Assembly: GCF_020745735.1 (NCBI RefSeq)
Contig: NC_083410.1
Coordinates: 54,100,117-54,164,116 of the forward strand
Direction of reading: 5' to 3'
DNA length: 64,000 nucleotides
Source of the DNA: Hemiscyllium ocellatum
Lineage: Eukaryota
Shown here: piece by piece, positions 38,681-52,760 of the stretch
Layout: each line of letters opens with the position of its first letter
Numbering within the stretch: position 1 is the stretch's first letter
Notes under the pieces: generated by a model
Told to the model about the DNA's origin: nothing
The model's database searches: none
The model's input: only the letters and a program-made list of their open reading frames with translations
Program-made: the position numbers and the translations under genes

Positions 38681-40769
38681 GTCTAATTTTTCAATTTTCC
38701 TGTATCTTATGAATCATTTAGTCCATATCATTTAGTTCCTTGAGCCTGTTACGCTCTTTAGTTGCAATATGGTGGTTGATCTACACCTCAACTTGATTAA
38801 TCGATCTTCACTGATTATTAACCCAACAAAAAATCTGCTGATCTCAATCTTGAAAATTAAATTTTGATCCATTGAGATATTGACTTGATCTGACCATTGA
38901 ACGACACGCAGGAGTGAGAGTTTCTAATTGGAAGTAAGTGATCCAGGTTCTAGGGAAGCAGGTACAAGCAATCATTATCAAAGCCTTGTTGATGGTGGAC
39001 AAATCTCTCCTAATAATTGAATACTCAGTACGTCACAGAAAATCCTTTTAGTTCCAATATCCAAGTAAATAAAAGTTAAAACAAGGTTGAAACCAAAGAA
39101 ACCACACATTACTTCTTCAACACCTGACAGAAGGATAGCCAATAGGAAGCCACTGCACAATTGACAAACACTGGTTTGAGACTATGTTAAGTAGCAGGTA
39201 CAAAGAATTATTTTTGAGCAGTATAATGAATAGCACAATTCACAAAGAATTGTAGCAATGATGTATTCTTCCTGAGCACAGCATCAGCTCGTACTAATAC
39301 CCTGTCAGAATGGTGGTTCAACAACATTTGCTATCTTTTCTGCATTCCAACAGATGGGTATTGAAACATATAGAATTGCACATTACCACACCCAGTCTCA
39401 AGGTAATGCCCTGCAGCAGCTGTCATTTCAAGCCCCAGTGCTCCCTCATCAAAAACATGATAGAAATTTACCAGAAATCTAGCATGATAGATGTATAGAC
39501 CTTCTGGCAGATGAACATGAGGTACTGATGCAAAACACAATTGGATAAACCAATTCTAATGCAATTGAGACTTGCCCTGAAAATAACAAAATAATCAAAT
39601 CAAAACATGCCAAACAATGCTCACAGGAACTGAAATACAGAAGACAAACTAGCATAATGCAACATAGATTGAATATAGGTGCAACATCTACCCACAATAT
39701 ATCAAAATTGCATCTTTCAGAGAGTGTACCCAATTTCAAACATTGAAGCATAAGCTCAAGGACAGGCAAAGAAACTAATTTCAAGCTGTCTTGCTCTAAT
39801 AACTTGGACCTTCATTCATATGAAAAATGAAGCTCAAACTGAATTTACAGGAATTTCTACAAATCATGTTGAATTTTCCTTTGAATTATTGACCAATTTC
39901 AGGAATATTTGGAGCATTACATGCAGTAGGATGGAAGAATAACATATTAAATCTTAAACACACCAGTATGATATAACAGCGCCATTTTTCTCTAAGCTAA
40001 AGTAAGCAGTCGTCTTTGAGGATCTGCCAGACAGAATATCCTGTCCACTTAATTGTAAAAGAACAATGATGAAACTAATTTCTCAAATCCAGTTTCCTCA
40101 CATTTCACCTCATAAATATTTTGGCTATTAAAGTAAGACATCTCAGGTGTGGATGATGCAAGTTTTGTGTTAATTTTCCTGCCTTTTCCATTCTATCAGG
40201 GATGTTACATTTTCTTCCAGATCTATAAAAAGCAGGGCTTTGGACGAAACACACATAATTTTTGACACTGTCATAAAAAGAAGGGGGATTGAGGTGATGG
40301 AAGAAGTTTTGATGAACTAGTTCAGATCATCTGAGAGATAAGCATGATGAGAATTCCTACTACCTCTATTTGAAATTACTGTTACCTAAATTTGAAGTCT
40401 TGGACCCATAGCCAAGACACTCATTATGGCCAACACTTCAGTGAAAAGCCCTCTGATTCATTAAACAGTTCCTCTCAACTGTCCAGGAACTGCCGTTGAA
40501 GCAAATGAGATGCATGATGTTTCGGTGATGAAAAGATCTGGCTCAGAACATGTGGATCTGGAGAAAATTGGTAAGTCTTCAGAATGCTTGGTTTCTTTCT
40601 GTAGGACATCCTTTACAAAATCAAACACAGAATAAGACCTTATCCAGTCTATTCTTGGTCTTAATGTGACTACAAGAAGATAATTACTCCTCTCCAGTTG
40701 GCCAATGGGCCCTGTAGAAATGATCTGACTGATGAGATTATAGCCCAAGAGAGTGAATCCTGTTTCCCT

Positions 40770-41279
40770 GAGCAGACTGCACACTGCCCTCAAAGTGGCT
40801 GTGGGGAGGTGTTGAGACTGTCACAGGTCTCCTCTGGACTTGCCTTTGCAAAGGAAGTCTGGAGGAAGGTGTAGTGGTTTGTGTCGAGGTTCATCCCAAG
40901 CAGCTCTGTGACACAGGACTCTGTGCTCTACAGTCTGTTCCCTAGGACACACACTGAGACAACATCAACTGTACTTGGATGACACAATAAAGCTTGGGGC
41001 AGCTGCCGCCAAAGCGCTGTGGGGAAAGACCATTTTCTGAGGTCTTGCTGCTGAAGCTAAATGGGGGTGCATTCAGATATCAGACCCTCCCAGTGTCTCA
41101 AATGTATGCAAATATTAGTATTATATGTTTAAAACAGGGTTTTGGCTTTTTGCATTAAGTCAAAGTCCAATGTTTTGTTTGTTATGATATGTAACTGTAC
41201 AGAACAGAACTGCATTTGTGACTATGTATATACATAAAGAGATTATGTACGAATAAAGAATATGTTTGAAATTTAAAAA
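40770..41279 (+). mobile_element. Tx1/L1-group LINE 3' fragment
   Basis: Zinc-knuckle remnant CPQSGCG..ETV..LLWTCLCKGS/FAKEVW, YSLFPRTHTE, and AATAAA plus A-rich end. Confidence 0.75.
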
Positions 41280-44200
41280 TTATGAGAATATGGCCCATTG
41301 AATTATAGCTGCTTTCTCCACCTTGCTAGAGTTTTCATACTACTGTCTCCCTCTGCTTTTGTGCAGCCGAATCCACAGATCTGTTTCTTGTTCTGTCATG
41401 AAATACAATCACCCTTTTGCCACATTACTTACTCTCAACTCCCACATTATCAGAGATCTTTCTGTATATATTTTTTTCCACTGTACCACTTTTTCCTGGC
41501 TCTGTATTTCCCTAAAAGTTGCTTATTTCAAACATTTACACCTCCATTGTTAAGTTATCCTGGTTACTCAATGTGTGGATTTTTTCTGGATATATTGTGT
41601 GCTTCAGTAATCAGCATTGATTTCATATGTCCAGTGTTCATAGATTTATATATTTTCTTAGCATCTACTTAATAAGTGGTTAACATCTAAGAGATCTGAG
41701 ATCCTGAAAAAGATACAATCGATCCAATTTACATGGACTACTAAGATGAATAAACTGCAAGGGACATCTTGTAATAATGAGAAGAATCCAGATAAATTTA
41801 GATTTCCATTTCAAAATGCTTTTCATTTTGAAATGATGCTATGTATACACCTGGCTCCCATCGAGAGCAAAGAAGTAATTTTAGGCATCAGTCATAAAAC
41901 AAAATTAGACGAAATGGATAGAATAATTGTATTAAATATTCAATGAAAATTAAAGAGAGGCTAAGGTCCAGATTTCTACCTATGTTTTAGTTAAGTACTT
42001 TGACGCAGCAAAAATGTTACAAGTGTTCAGAAACTTTAAACGGCACACAACAGCTCCAATTTTTGGAGGGAGTGGACAGAGTTTTACACATGTACAGCTA
42101 CCAGATGCAACTGGTTGTTTATATCACCAGCTACCTTCAGTCAAATCTGATTTTAGCATCTCTTTCGCGTAGAATGGGCAATTTGCAGATTAGACCAGTT
42201 CAGAGTAAGGGGAGAAGTGAGATTAGGTACTACTTGGATTAAGATAAGGTGCTTTTTAGAGACATGAGGTACCATTTGGGAGCGTTCGGATGGTTTTATG
42301 AATGTGCCTAAACAAAGCTCACCGGACTGATCAACATGCTTAAATCAGCAGCCAAATATGTCAGAAAGATATATCAATGGGACTTGGCTAAAGTCCGAAA
42401 GGGATTTACCTCAGGAGACCATCAAAAGAAAGTATCAAAAAGTTATGCATTTTAAATCTTTAAAACAAATTTCTGGACTTTTGGAAAATGATTGCTCGCT
42501 ATTTCACTCTGTGCTGACTTACGTTTGAGAAGTTCCATCATTGGATTACTACTGTGTGACTGATTTCACATTTTGCGAATACGAAAGTTAGGGTCCTTGC
42601 ATTTCACAGTTCTACTGACAGCTATTCTTGATTTTGGACATTCTTGAAGGAATATAAATTAAGTAACATGTTTTTAAACATAGAGACTGATTTTGTCACT
42701 ATAGAGAAGTCTACAATTCATATTTGCAATGTTACTCAGTATAACTTTATTTTATTTCTGCACAGATGCGAAGATCTGTCCATGGCAGAGACAGGGTGAA
42801 TTGGCATGGCTCACATTAATGAAAAGGGTGCTGGGTGGCTGTCATTCATTGGCAGGTGTTAGCACAGAGGTGGCTTGAATGTTATAGAAGACAATGGGGT
42901 ATGGAGAAGGGCACAGTCTGGTCACAATAAGTGTGGGCACTGAGTGTGGGTAGATGGTTTGTTATGGTATGAGTTTGCCATGTAGGTGAGAGGGGTGAGG
43001 GATGACCGACGAGCACTGGAGGGATTGTTCATTTCATAATTTTCAAGTTTAAACGTTGGACACAGAGCCATATCCTCAAGGAAGTCCTTCCATTCTGCCT
43101 GCATCTGCACTTGGCACCATTTTTGTGGTTGCCCACTTTGACATCTAAGCCGGCACTATACCATCTCCACACCCCCGCAGCTGCCATGTTTAAAGGCTGT
43201 GTTTGCAGAACCAGGAAATCTCTTGATTCTGCACACAACCCGGGAACAGAAAGCTAAGCCCAAACATTTTAATTGCAAGATTCATTTCTAAAAATAAACC
43301 TCATTTGACAGTTCTGGTTATACTTTTATAAGATCAAAATTTTAAACACGTTTTGATTATTTTTAATTGTATTATATTTTATCCTACTTTATCTCTTCAA
43401 AACAGATATTGTGTAGATTGAAGAGATGTTTATGCTACATTAACACCAGATTGCCTAACTTGAAGCAAGTGATACAGGCTGTTCCCTAGTGAACTGGCAA
43501 TGAGAGCAAACCATTAGCTATAAATGTCATCTCAAAAAAAAACAAAATATACTGCAATCATCTTTATTCCATGTTGCTAGTGCAATGCTATTTTGCTTTT
43601 GCATTCTCTTCTCTGCCCATCAGTGGCGAACAGCCCATGAAAAACAACTGTCCTATTGAGGCACACCTCACTAGACATCTGGAAGTTCTGGATAGCAAAC
43701 AGACTCTTCCCTGGCTGAAGATAAAGAGGGCTGCACAGCATCAGAGCTGGCAACCAGCATCACCCAATACAAAAATAATAGAAAATAATTTATCCTTCAA
43801 TGCTTCCTGGCAGCTGTGGCAGATTTTATTTTGTACATTTCCTACATAAAAACTTCACATCTTGGAGACACCCTTTTACTTTCCTGCTTATTTTGGCAGT
43901 ACTCACCTCTCCTATCTGTTCAGTTAACTACGAGAGCCTCGAGCATTCTAAATGGTGATCTTAGCTGTGAAGTTAACCTGCCTTGATTCAACTAACTCCA
44001 GGGAGTTCATTCTTAATTGACCGGCAACTTGAAACTCCCCTTTCAAATCTCATTTCCAGCACATCCAGCTTCCACACCTGCACTTTACTCTGAAGGAGAG
44101 ATGAGGACAAAGGAACATACATCCAGCCCCTCGTATTTGCTCAAGGAAGTATTCCTTCTCCTAGATGGTGTCTGGGAGAGCTTCTCCGGCCTCTGCATTC

Positions 44201-44337
44201 TACAACTTTGCTAACATTGCAGTTAGAACAAATTCCGCCCTTATAAATTTGCCCTTATAAATTTGTTATAAGTAAAAAAAAGGGTCCTTCAAACTGAAGC
44301 AATATTTCAGTTAGAATATTTTCTTTTTACTCTTAAT

Positions 44338-44958
44338 CACAGAGTCGTGGAGCTATACAGCACAGACACAGACTCTTTGGTCCAACCAGTCTCTGCCAAA
44401 CATAATCCCAAACTAAACTAGACCTATCTGCCTGCTCCTGGCCTGTAACCCTCCAAATCTGTCCTAATCACGTATCTATCTAAATGTCTTTTAAACTTTG
44501 TAGCTGTACCCGCATCCACCACTTCCTTAGGAAGCCCATTCTACACTCAAACCACCCCTGTCTTTTATAAATCTCTCTCCTCTCTCCTTAAATATGTGCC
44601 CCCCAGTCTTGAAATTCCCCATCTTAGGGAAAAGACAACAACCATCAACTCTATTTATATCTCTCATTATTTTATAAACTTATATCAGGTCACCTCTCAA
44701 TTTCCTATGCTCCAGTGAAATAGGTCCCAACCTATCCGGCCCTTCTTTATAACTCAAACCTTCCATACCCAGCAAGATCCTGGTAAATCTCTTCTGAACC
44801 CTTTCCAGCATGATAATATCCTTCCTATAACTGGGCGACCAGAACTGGACACAGTATTCCAAAAGAAACCCCACCAATGTCCTATACAACCCTAACATAA
44901 CGTCCCAATTCCTATACTCATAGGATTGAGCAATGAAGACAAGCGAGCCAAATGCCTT
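44338..44958 (-). mobile_element. CR1 3' fragment
   Basis: MLGLYRTLVGFLLEYCVQFWSPSYRKDIIMLERVQKRFTR..LRGDLI. Confidence 0.93.
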
Positions 44959-45759
44959 AAATTAAAGTGAAACCACTATTATTTTATAAAGACACATTTC
45001 AAACAAAGTTGACAATTATTTCAGTCCCAAAATTCAAAAATTAATGACCTGTTTAGAATTTTCAATCCTCAAAAATTGCGCTGACAGCAAAATTAAGTTT
45101 CTTAAATTTCTCAACTGGCACACTGTTAAACTTAATAAACTCATTAATTGGTTGATTAAAACTGTAGATACGCATAGAACATGAAAATGTAAATCTAACA
45201 AATTAATGCTATTTCAATCAGAAAAAAAAAGACTGATTGGTTCAAATTTAGATAAGCTATTGCACACGATAGTCATGCATTTCTTCCAGTTGAATTAATA
45301 TTACTATTTTACCACCTTGTCTAATATTCCTGCAACTGACAACTAATTATTCACTGAGAAGAAATGCGTAGTACAAACTTAAAGCAACTAAAAAAAAACC
45401 TCTTTCATAGGAATCATTGAATATAAAATGATTGGAATTATTATCATGCCTTCAGGTGGCAGCAATCTTTCAGCAACAACAACAAAGTCACATCTTCCTG
45501 AGAAACACATGATGCATCGATGAGGGCGTCATATCCATCATTTCTCACCCTAGTGAACATTCTGTCCAAAAATGCCAGGTAGATACCAGATACTATCATA
45601 TTAAGAAAGATGAAAAACCAGAGGTCAGCCTCAACCTTTCTTCTGCAATTTCTATTTGTTGGATGTAAAAGGAACATTACAGGATATATCAATTGAAGAC
45701 ATTTTAGGACATATCCTTCTGAGAAAAGAATCCACTGAAATTACAAAATACTTCACATT

Positions 45760-48240
45760 TTTTAATCATTCATGGGAAATGGGTTTCACCCACATTTATT
45801 GCCTATCCCTAGTTGCCTTTGAGGTGGAGGTAATAAGCTGCCTTTTCAAACCGCTGAAGTAATGTGTCATAGATAGTTACACAATGCTGTCAAGGAGGTA
45901 ACTCCAGGATTACGACCCAGCGGCAGTGAAGGAATGGTGTTATCTTTTAAGTCAGAATGGTGAGTGGCTTGGAGGAGAATTTGCAGGTAGTGGTGTTCCC
46001 AGGTATCTGCTGCCCTTGTTCTTGTGGGATTGGAAGATGCTGTCCAAGGATCTTTGGTGAATTGCTGCAGTGCATCTTGTAGATAGTACATACAGGTGGA
46101 GTGATGGAATGTAGGCTTAGTGCCAATTAAATGAGTTGCTTTGTCTTAGAGAGTATTAAGCTTCTTAAATGTTATTGGAGCTGCACACATCCAGGCAAGT
46201 GGAAAGTATTTCAAGACACTCCTGACTTGTGGCTTGTAGATGGTGGACAGATTTTGGAGAGCAGTATCCTTAGCCTCTGACATGCTCTTGTAGCTACTAT
46301 ATTGTTATGATCAGCCTAGTTAAGTTTCTAACCAATGGTAACTTCCAGAATGTTGGGATTCAGTGATGATAAGCTGAAAATGTGTTGCTGGAAAAGCACA
46401 GCAGATCAGGCAGCATCCAAGGAGTGGAGAATTGACGTTTTGGGCATGAGCCCTTCTTCAGGAGCCCTTCTTTCTTCTATTCAGTGATAATAATACCATT
46501 GAATGTCAGGACAGTGGTAAGATTGTCACTTAATTGAGATAGTCATTGCCTAGCATTTGTATGGCACAAAGAGTACTTGCTACGTTTCAGCCCAAGCCTG
46601 GATATTGTCCAGATCTTGTTGAATTTTGACATGACTGCTTCAGTATCTGAGGAGTCGCAAATGGTGTTGAACATTGTGCAATCATCGGCGAATATCCCCA
46701 CTTCTGACCGTATGGTGGAGGGAAGGCCAAGGAAGGGAAGAAGATTAATGAAGCAGCTGAAGATGATTGGGCCTGGGATATGATCCTGAGGGACCCCTGT
46801 GGAGATGTTCTGGAGCCTTGCTAACTGATCAACAACTATGAACATCTCTATTTGTACAAGGTATGATTCCTAACAGCAGAGAACTTTTTTAACCTAACTG
46901 CTATTGAGTCTAGTTTTTCTAGGGTTCCTTGATGCCATACTCAGCCAAATGCAGCCTTGATTTCAAGGACTGTCACTCTCACCTACTCTCTGGAATACAG
47001 CTCTTTCATCCATGTTTGAACCAAATCCATAACAAGGTCAGGAACTGAGTGGCCCTGTCAGAACACATATTGGACATCAATCAGCAGGTTACTGCTTGAT
47101 CACACTGTGACTAACACCTTCCATTATTTTACTGATGGTCGAGAGTAGACTGGAATGCAGGTAATTGGCCAGGTTGGGTTTGTCTCATTTTCTTTTGTAT
47201 TTAGGACATACCTGGGCAATTTTCCACATTGTCAGGTAGATGCCGGTATAGTAGCTGTACTGGAACAGCTTGGCAAGGGGACCGTCAAGTTCTGGAACAC
47301 AAGTCTTCAGTACTATTGCTGGAATATTCTCAGGGCCCAAAGCTTTTGCAGTATCCAGTACTTCCAATTGTTTCTTGACGTCGTATGGAGTGTATCAAAT
47401 TGGCTGAACACTGGCATCTGTAATAGAGGAGGCTGAGATAGATCAACAACTTAGCACTTCACGCTGAAGATTGTTGCAAATATTTCAGCCATTTTATTCC
47501 CCACAGACGTGCTGGGTTGTCCCATTATGGAGGATGTGGATATTTGTGGAGGCTTCTCTTCCAATGAGTTGTTTAATTGTCACCACCATTCACATGACTG
47601 CAGAACTTTAATCTGATCCAGTGATTGTGGGCTCGCTTAGCTCTGGATATCACTTGCTGCTTATGCTGTTTGGCATGCAAGTAGTTTGCTTTGGTAGTTT
47701 TGCCAGGTTTTTCAATATTTTTAGGTATGCCTGGTGTTGCTCAGGCAGGTCCTCCTGTACTCCTCACTGAACCAGGATTAATCCCCTGGCTTGATGTTAC
47801 TGGTTAAATGGGGGAAATGCCAAGCTGTGAGGCTGCAAATTGTGTTGGAATATACCTAATGGATGCCCAGTCTTGAGTTTCGAGACCTGTTTAAAGTCTG
47901 TCCTATTTAAGACAATGATGGTGCCACATAACGCCATGTAAGGTTTCTCAATGTAAAGGTAGGAATTTGCCTCCAGAAGTATGATGCAGTGGTCACTCTT
48001 ACTGACACTGTCATGGACAAACGCCAGATTGGTGGGGATCCGATCAAGTACATTACCGTCATATTTGTTCCATCACCACATGCTGCAGACCCTGTCTAAC
48101 AGCTCTGTCCTTTGTGACCCGACCTGATAGATCTATAATGTTGTTGCCACGCCGCTCATGGATGTTGAAATCCCCCATCCAGAGTACATTCTGTGCCCTT
48201 GCTACCCTCAGCACTTCCTCCAAGCACTTTGAATAACGTT
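45760..48240 (-). mobile_element. Decayed non-LTR retrotransposon of the CR1/L2 group (endonuclease plus RT)
   Basis: NVLWMGDFNIH (APE), LDTAKALGPENIPAIVLKTC, GVPQDHIPGPIIFSCFIN, GIFADDCT. Confidence 0.85.
46373..46478 (-). mobile_element. Solo Penelope pLTR fragment
   Basis: TSD ATTCAGTGAT(G/A)ATAA at 46358-46372 and 46479-46493. Minus strand CTGAAGAAGGGC-TCAT-GCCC-AAAACGTC. Confidence 0.85.
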
Positions 48241-48599
48241 TGGACCTTGCAGTTGTGAAAATCATCTCTCCATTTCCCACCAGAAATAGCACTGCAATGA
48301 ATTTTTCCTCTAGTTTAAGATCACCAAACAAATTTAATGTATGCCATCCCTTAACTGTACTGAAACAAAAATTAAAACATCAAATGAAACTTATCAAATT
48401 TAAACTGAATTACCACTTTGTGGTGTGGGGATGCACTGCAGCCCTCGTAGTGCCCCCACCTAGCATGGAAGGCATGAAGTGTACCAGTGGATATCACATC
48501 TTCCTCTCCGGAAGTGAAGACTCTGAACTGACAGATGTCAGTGATCTACTAAACTAGATTTTTACACCAAACAGTAAACCAATGGACAACGAGAGGCAA

Positions 48600-48945
48600 A
48601 TGTCTTAAAACATACAACAGTCTTCGAGAACTTGAAAGGGTAGAAGGCAGAGTCAGTGACCAAATGGCATTAACTCAGGATAAGGGCTCACCCATATGTT
48701 AGAAATGAGGAAGAATTTCTTCTCTAAGTCAACAGTAAATCTGTGGAAGACTTTACCACAGGCTGTACAGTCTGGGTCATTAAGTATATTCAAGGCTGAG
48801 GTAAACAGATTTCTCATGAATCTGGACATCAGATTAAAAGGCAGCAAAGTGGAGTTGAGGACATCCAGATCAGTCATTTATTGGTACAGCAGACTCGATG
48901 GGCCAAATGGTGTCCTTCTGCTCCTACATCTTACAACCTTATAAT
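48600..48945 (+). mobile_element. CR1 3' fragment
   Basis: EMRKNFFSKSTVNLWKTLPQAVQSGSLSIFKAEVNRFL followed by 3' UTR. Confidence 0.85.
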
Positions 48946-49754
48946 CTGACCCCCTTCTGTCTTCCATACCATTATGTCAAATTCTAAAACAGCCATCATA
49001 GCAAGTAAGTACCTTTACCATGCAAAGATATATAAAAAAACTAGTGTTCTACATTAAAAGAAAACTGGAATATTATTTTCTACAATTGAGGAAGCAACAT
49101 TAGGGGGTGAGATTTCTCAATGCCAGCTGTGGAAAATGAACAAGTAGCCTTATCTTATATCACACGCAATTTTCTTTATATTTCATGTTAATTGAAAACT
49201 AAACTGGGCATAATGTCAAATAGGCTGCTGACTCACTATTACTCACTTTGTGCTATCAGTCTTGCCAAATGTTACTGCCTTAATGTCCTTTTCATGTATT
49301 CTCACGGCTCACTCAGAAATGACATGTCACTGTTGCAATATTTAAAACATACCTCACAAAGTTTTATTAAATCGTGTGTCATTCTCCATGCAACAAATTA
49401 TTCATCAAATTAAACATGATATCATCCATGTGTCAGGGGTCAAAATTTCATGTAAAAGATGATCTGACAATTCGACTTACAAGCTGCAATTTTATGGTCC
49501 AGTCAGGAACTGATTGGCAAGGGGGGGGGAAGTGGGGGACTGGAAGTCACGTAAAGTTGGGCATCATGACAATGATGTTGTACCCCCATCACCTTCAGAA
49601 CCCAGCTCACTCACACTCACTAAAGCACTGGCATTGGGCAGTCTGCTCATCACTTGACCAACTGATGCCCTTAAATGGCCTTTTGGTTGGGTACCCAACC
49701 CATTAGATGACCCCTCTCTACCAACAACCCTTCCATCTCCACCTCTAGATCACA

Positions 49755-49872
49755 GTTCCCCTCACCTATCCTTTCCTTCCATCACATTTTTCTTTACATT
49801 TCCCCTCACCTACCCCTTCCCTCCACCCTACAACACATTTCCCCTCACCTACCCCTTCCCTCCATCACATTT
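49755..49872 (+). repeat. Three imperfect copies of a roughly 40-bp pyrimidine-rich unit
   Basis: ttcccctcacctaccccttccctcca occurs three times with variation. Confidence 0.8.
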
Positions 49873-50169
49873 CTTCTTTCCTGCCTTATTCCTTTTGATC
49901 CTGGTCCCACACCCATCCATGTAAAATGCAACCCATCTTTGCAAAAGACCTTTCCTCTATCATATAATTTCATTTGCTTTACTCACTAATTAATTTAAAC
50001 TTTTGAGTTAAACAAGTACCTTTCGTATGTGAACATATGGAGGTTGAGTTTTACACTTAAAGTGAGAACATAACTTACTGTATTACCGTTTTTATATCAT
50101 TCCAATTGCCATGAATGCATTTAACTACCCATCTAAGTTTTTTTTTCACTGGAGCATTACTTCTGAGAA

Positions 50170-50720
50170 ATCCTGTTGATTACTTTGCCTAAGTTTCAGA
50201 ACATTTCAATCATAAAATACGTCTGTAGAAGAAGTTCATGTACCAATGTCCCTTGGTCACCAACCCCAATACCCACAGTCACAATCAACAGCAATCATCT
50301 CAGCACAGAGGTTTTTCTATGTTTGAGTATTCTCTCCAACAAAGACACATCAGGTGATGGAATTGACTGCCCCTTGGCAAAAGCAAGTTCAGCATTCATC
50401 AATCTCACCTTCAGGCTTTGGAAAAACAAAGGTGTAAAATATATCATGTAGTCATTCTGATGACTGTGAACTTCCTAAAGTCACAAAAACAAAACTGGAT
50501 GCAATTTATCATTGTTGCTTGAGATCCATTTGCAACGTCAATTGACAGGACATACCTAGTGCCGTAAAGCATGTTCATCAGAGTTCAACTTTGACGAAAA
50601 TCATAAACTTCACATAGAAAACTCCCGCAAACCAAAAACAGTATTCTACAGCTAGCTGGGCTTGGGAAGCTGCATCATAAGTTATGCTAAACTGATACAC
50701 AAAGATATTCTGAAAGTTAA
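50170..50720 (+). mobile_element. RTE-clade LINE remnant
   Basis: TINSNHL..FLCLSILS..IDCPLAKASSAFINLTFRLWKNKGVK. Confidence 0.7.
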
Positions 50721-50821
50721 TCTTGGGGGCTGGAACTGGGATCTTACTTAAAATAAGCTCTGCATTGATCCAAATGGAGATGGCTTTGTTTTTCTGCAAT
50801 ATCAACATTCGAAAAGAACAA

Positions 50822-51060
50822 AAACAGAAACTGTTGAAAAGACTCAGCATATCTGGCAGCATCTTTGGATAGAAAGCAGAGTTAACGGTTTGCAGCCGGT
50901 AACTGTTCTTCTCAAGAGTCTTTGGTTCTGAATAAGGGTTACTGAACCTGAAACATTAACTCGGCTCTCTCTCCACAGATGCTACCAGACTTGCTGGATT
51001 TATCCAGCAATTTCCATTTTGTCTCTGATTTCCAACATGTGCAGTTATTTGGATTTTTTT
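50822..51060. mobile_element. Inverted Penelope pLTR unit (older family)
   Basis: Inverted arms, flanked by AAAAGAACAA at 50812-50821 and 51061-51070. Confidence 0.75.
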
Positions 51061-52760
51061 AAAAGAACAAGTCATGCAAGCATGATGAACCCCAGTGCCT
51101 TCTTTCACCCACCCAATACTGACCATACATGATGTATGTATTCATATCTGCAAATCAAGATCTAATTTAATGACACATAAGACAATATCAGTCTGGGCAA
51201 AGAATGACTGGTATTGAACATACAGGTAACAGGAAAATCCATCACTTCTGTTGCTATTTTTTCTTTTAATACTAATGTTTTTCGCTTCTTCCAAACTCAT
51301 CAGTTCCTATTGCGAGAAGGTTCCACAGTAACAACCACACTCCAACATTTCTCCCAAATTATCATAATTTATTTGTGAATCTTGACAAGAAGTTCCATCA
51401 GGTTATTGAATTAAAGTAAGTCTATCTCATCCACAGCATCCATCCACATGTATGTAATTCCACAATTCCATCTGGGATGATGACATCTTGATTGAGGTGA
51501 GAAAAGTACCTAAATTTCTTTTCCCTAAGCAGTGGATGGTGAGACCAATGCAACAGTCCCACTGATGTCCTTGCTAAGATCACCTCAGCTCAGCAGTGAA
51601 TACTGATCAGAGAATATTATTTGGGTTTTATGGTTCAGCACTGTATTAGTTCTCCAATAGTTGGACTACAATGACTAATGTGAGTTATAAAATTGAGATA
51701 CAAAGATTAAAATTGGCCAGGCTTGCTTACTTCCTGGATTGTGATTATCCATTTTAGACCCCTCAATACCGATTCCTGTTTGAATAAAATCTTCTAAGCA
51801 ACCAAATATTCAAAACGCAAACAGTGAGCTGGTAATTCATTTCAAAATCAGAGATCAAATTACTACCAAAATTATTTATCGCATTCCTAAATTAAACTTT
51901 ATTTTTTTAAATTGCTAATTCTTCTTGCTGTCAAAGTTCTTCTCTTCCCTTATAGCACTGAACATTACATTTTTGTCAGTAAAGTCACTCACCAGCTCTA
52001 ATCCCAGTAAAGAATATTGATGCATGCACTTTAAAGATAAGTATGAACAGTTTTCAACTACAGGGCTATCACAATCAAAACTTATCCTCTCTTGTCATCG
52101 ACACAAGTCTTCTAGCTAGGGCTAAGTACTTTCTTTTTACCTTAAAAATAATGAGGCCAAATGTAGAACTTACTGTATAATCACAACTAAGATTATCTAA
52201 CTCCTATTTACTTCGGTAAGAATATGACTAAGCTATTCATTAACTAAAGCTGGAAAGTGCCGGGAGAATTTGTATCCACTGTAATTAATTTACAGTAATC
52301 ATTCTCAATTAATACCGCTTCAAGTTAAATTAAAATGCTGATCTTGAAAGTGATATTTCATTTTCTTTAAGTGAATTAATATGATATACACATTTGTCCA
52401 ATTTTGTTCCTATTCAGGATTTCATACATTTTGTTCCTTCAAAGACACGAAAAGCAATTACTCCAATACTCATTAAGTATAATTTTGAAACATACAGTTC
52501 AAACTAAAGCCGTGGCATCTGCATTTAAATTGTGTTGAGTTTCAAAAGGGACGGTGTTCTGTTGCAGTGCGGCAGTAATTCAAATTTGAATGTTTTGTCG
52601 AGATAATTAAATATGCTAAAAAATAAAGTTATAAACATGCCAATCTTCCAACATAGAGGGAAAATCATCTTTTAGTTTCCTAAATTGTTGTGTCCGACAA
52701 GCAGATAAGAATTTCATGATAAATACAAACAGGCAAATACATAAATATCAATAGCCTTAC

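Larger units (their letters stand above)
34800..39450 (+). mobile_element. Scattered remnants of a very old Gypsy (Mag-like) element
   Basis: gag-like TLLSLESGSLGRKLIQSIASVTK from 34802. Integrase-like WWTNL near 38992 and MGIETYRIAHYHTQSQG at 39354-39404 (compare GIxHxRxAPYHPxSNG). Confidence 0.4.
1..52760 (-). other. NRXN1: 5' part of the large NRXN1-alpha intron following the SS1 microexons
   Basis: I did not find the next constitutive exon (KEEYIATFKGSEYF..., LNS2) in the window. The orthologous mammalian intron is known to be very large. Confidence 0.75.

Noticed and set aside
42140-42460. Coding-looking, CpG-containing unique stretch
   Set aside because: The plus-strand frames I read have stops, there is no convincing splice pair and I recognise no homology.
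44237-44264. Exact 14-bp tandem duplication GCCCTTATAAATTT x2 (similar case at 24529-24556)
   Set aside because: Simple local slippage or repair duplication with no sign of function.
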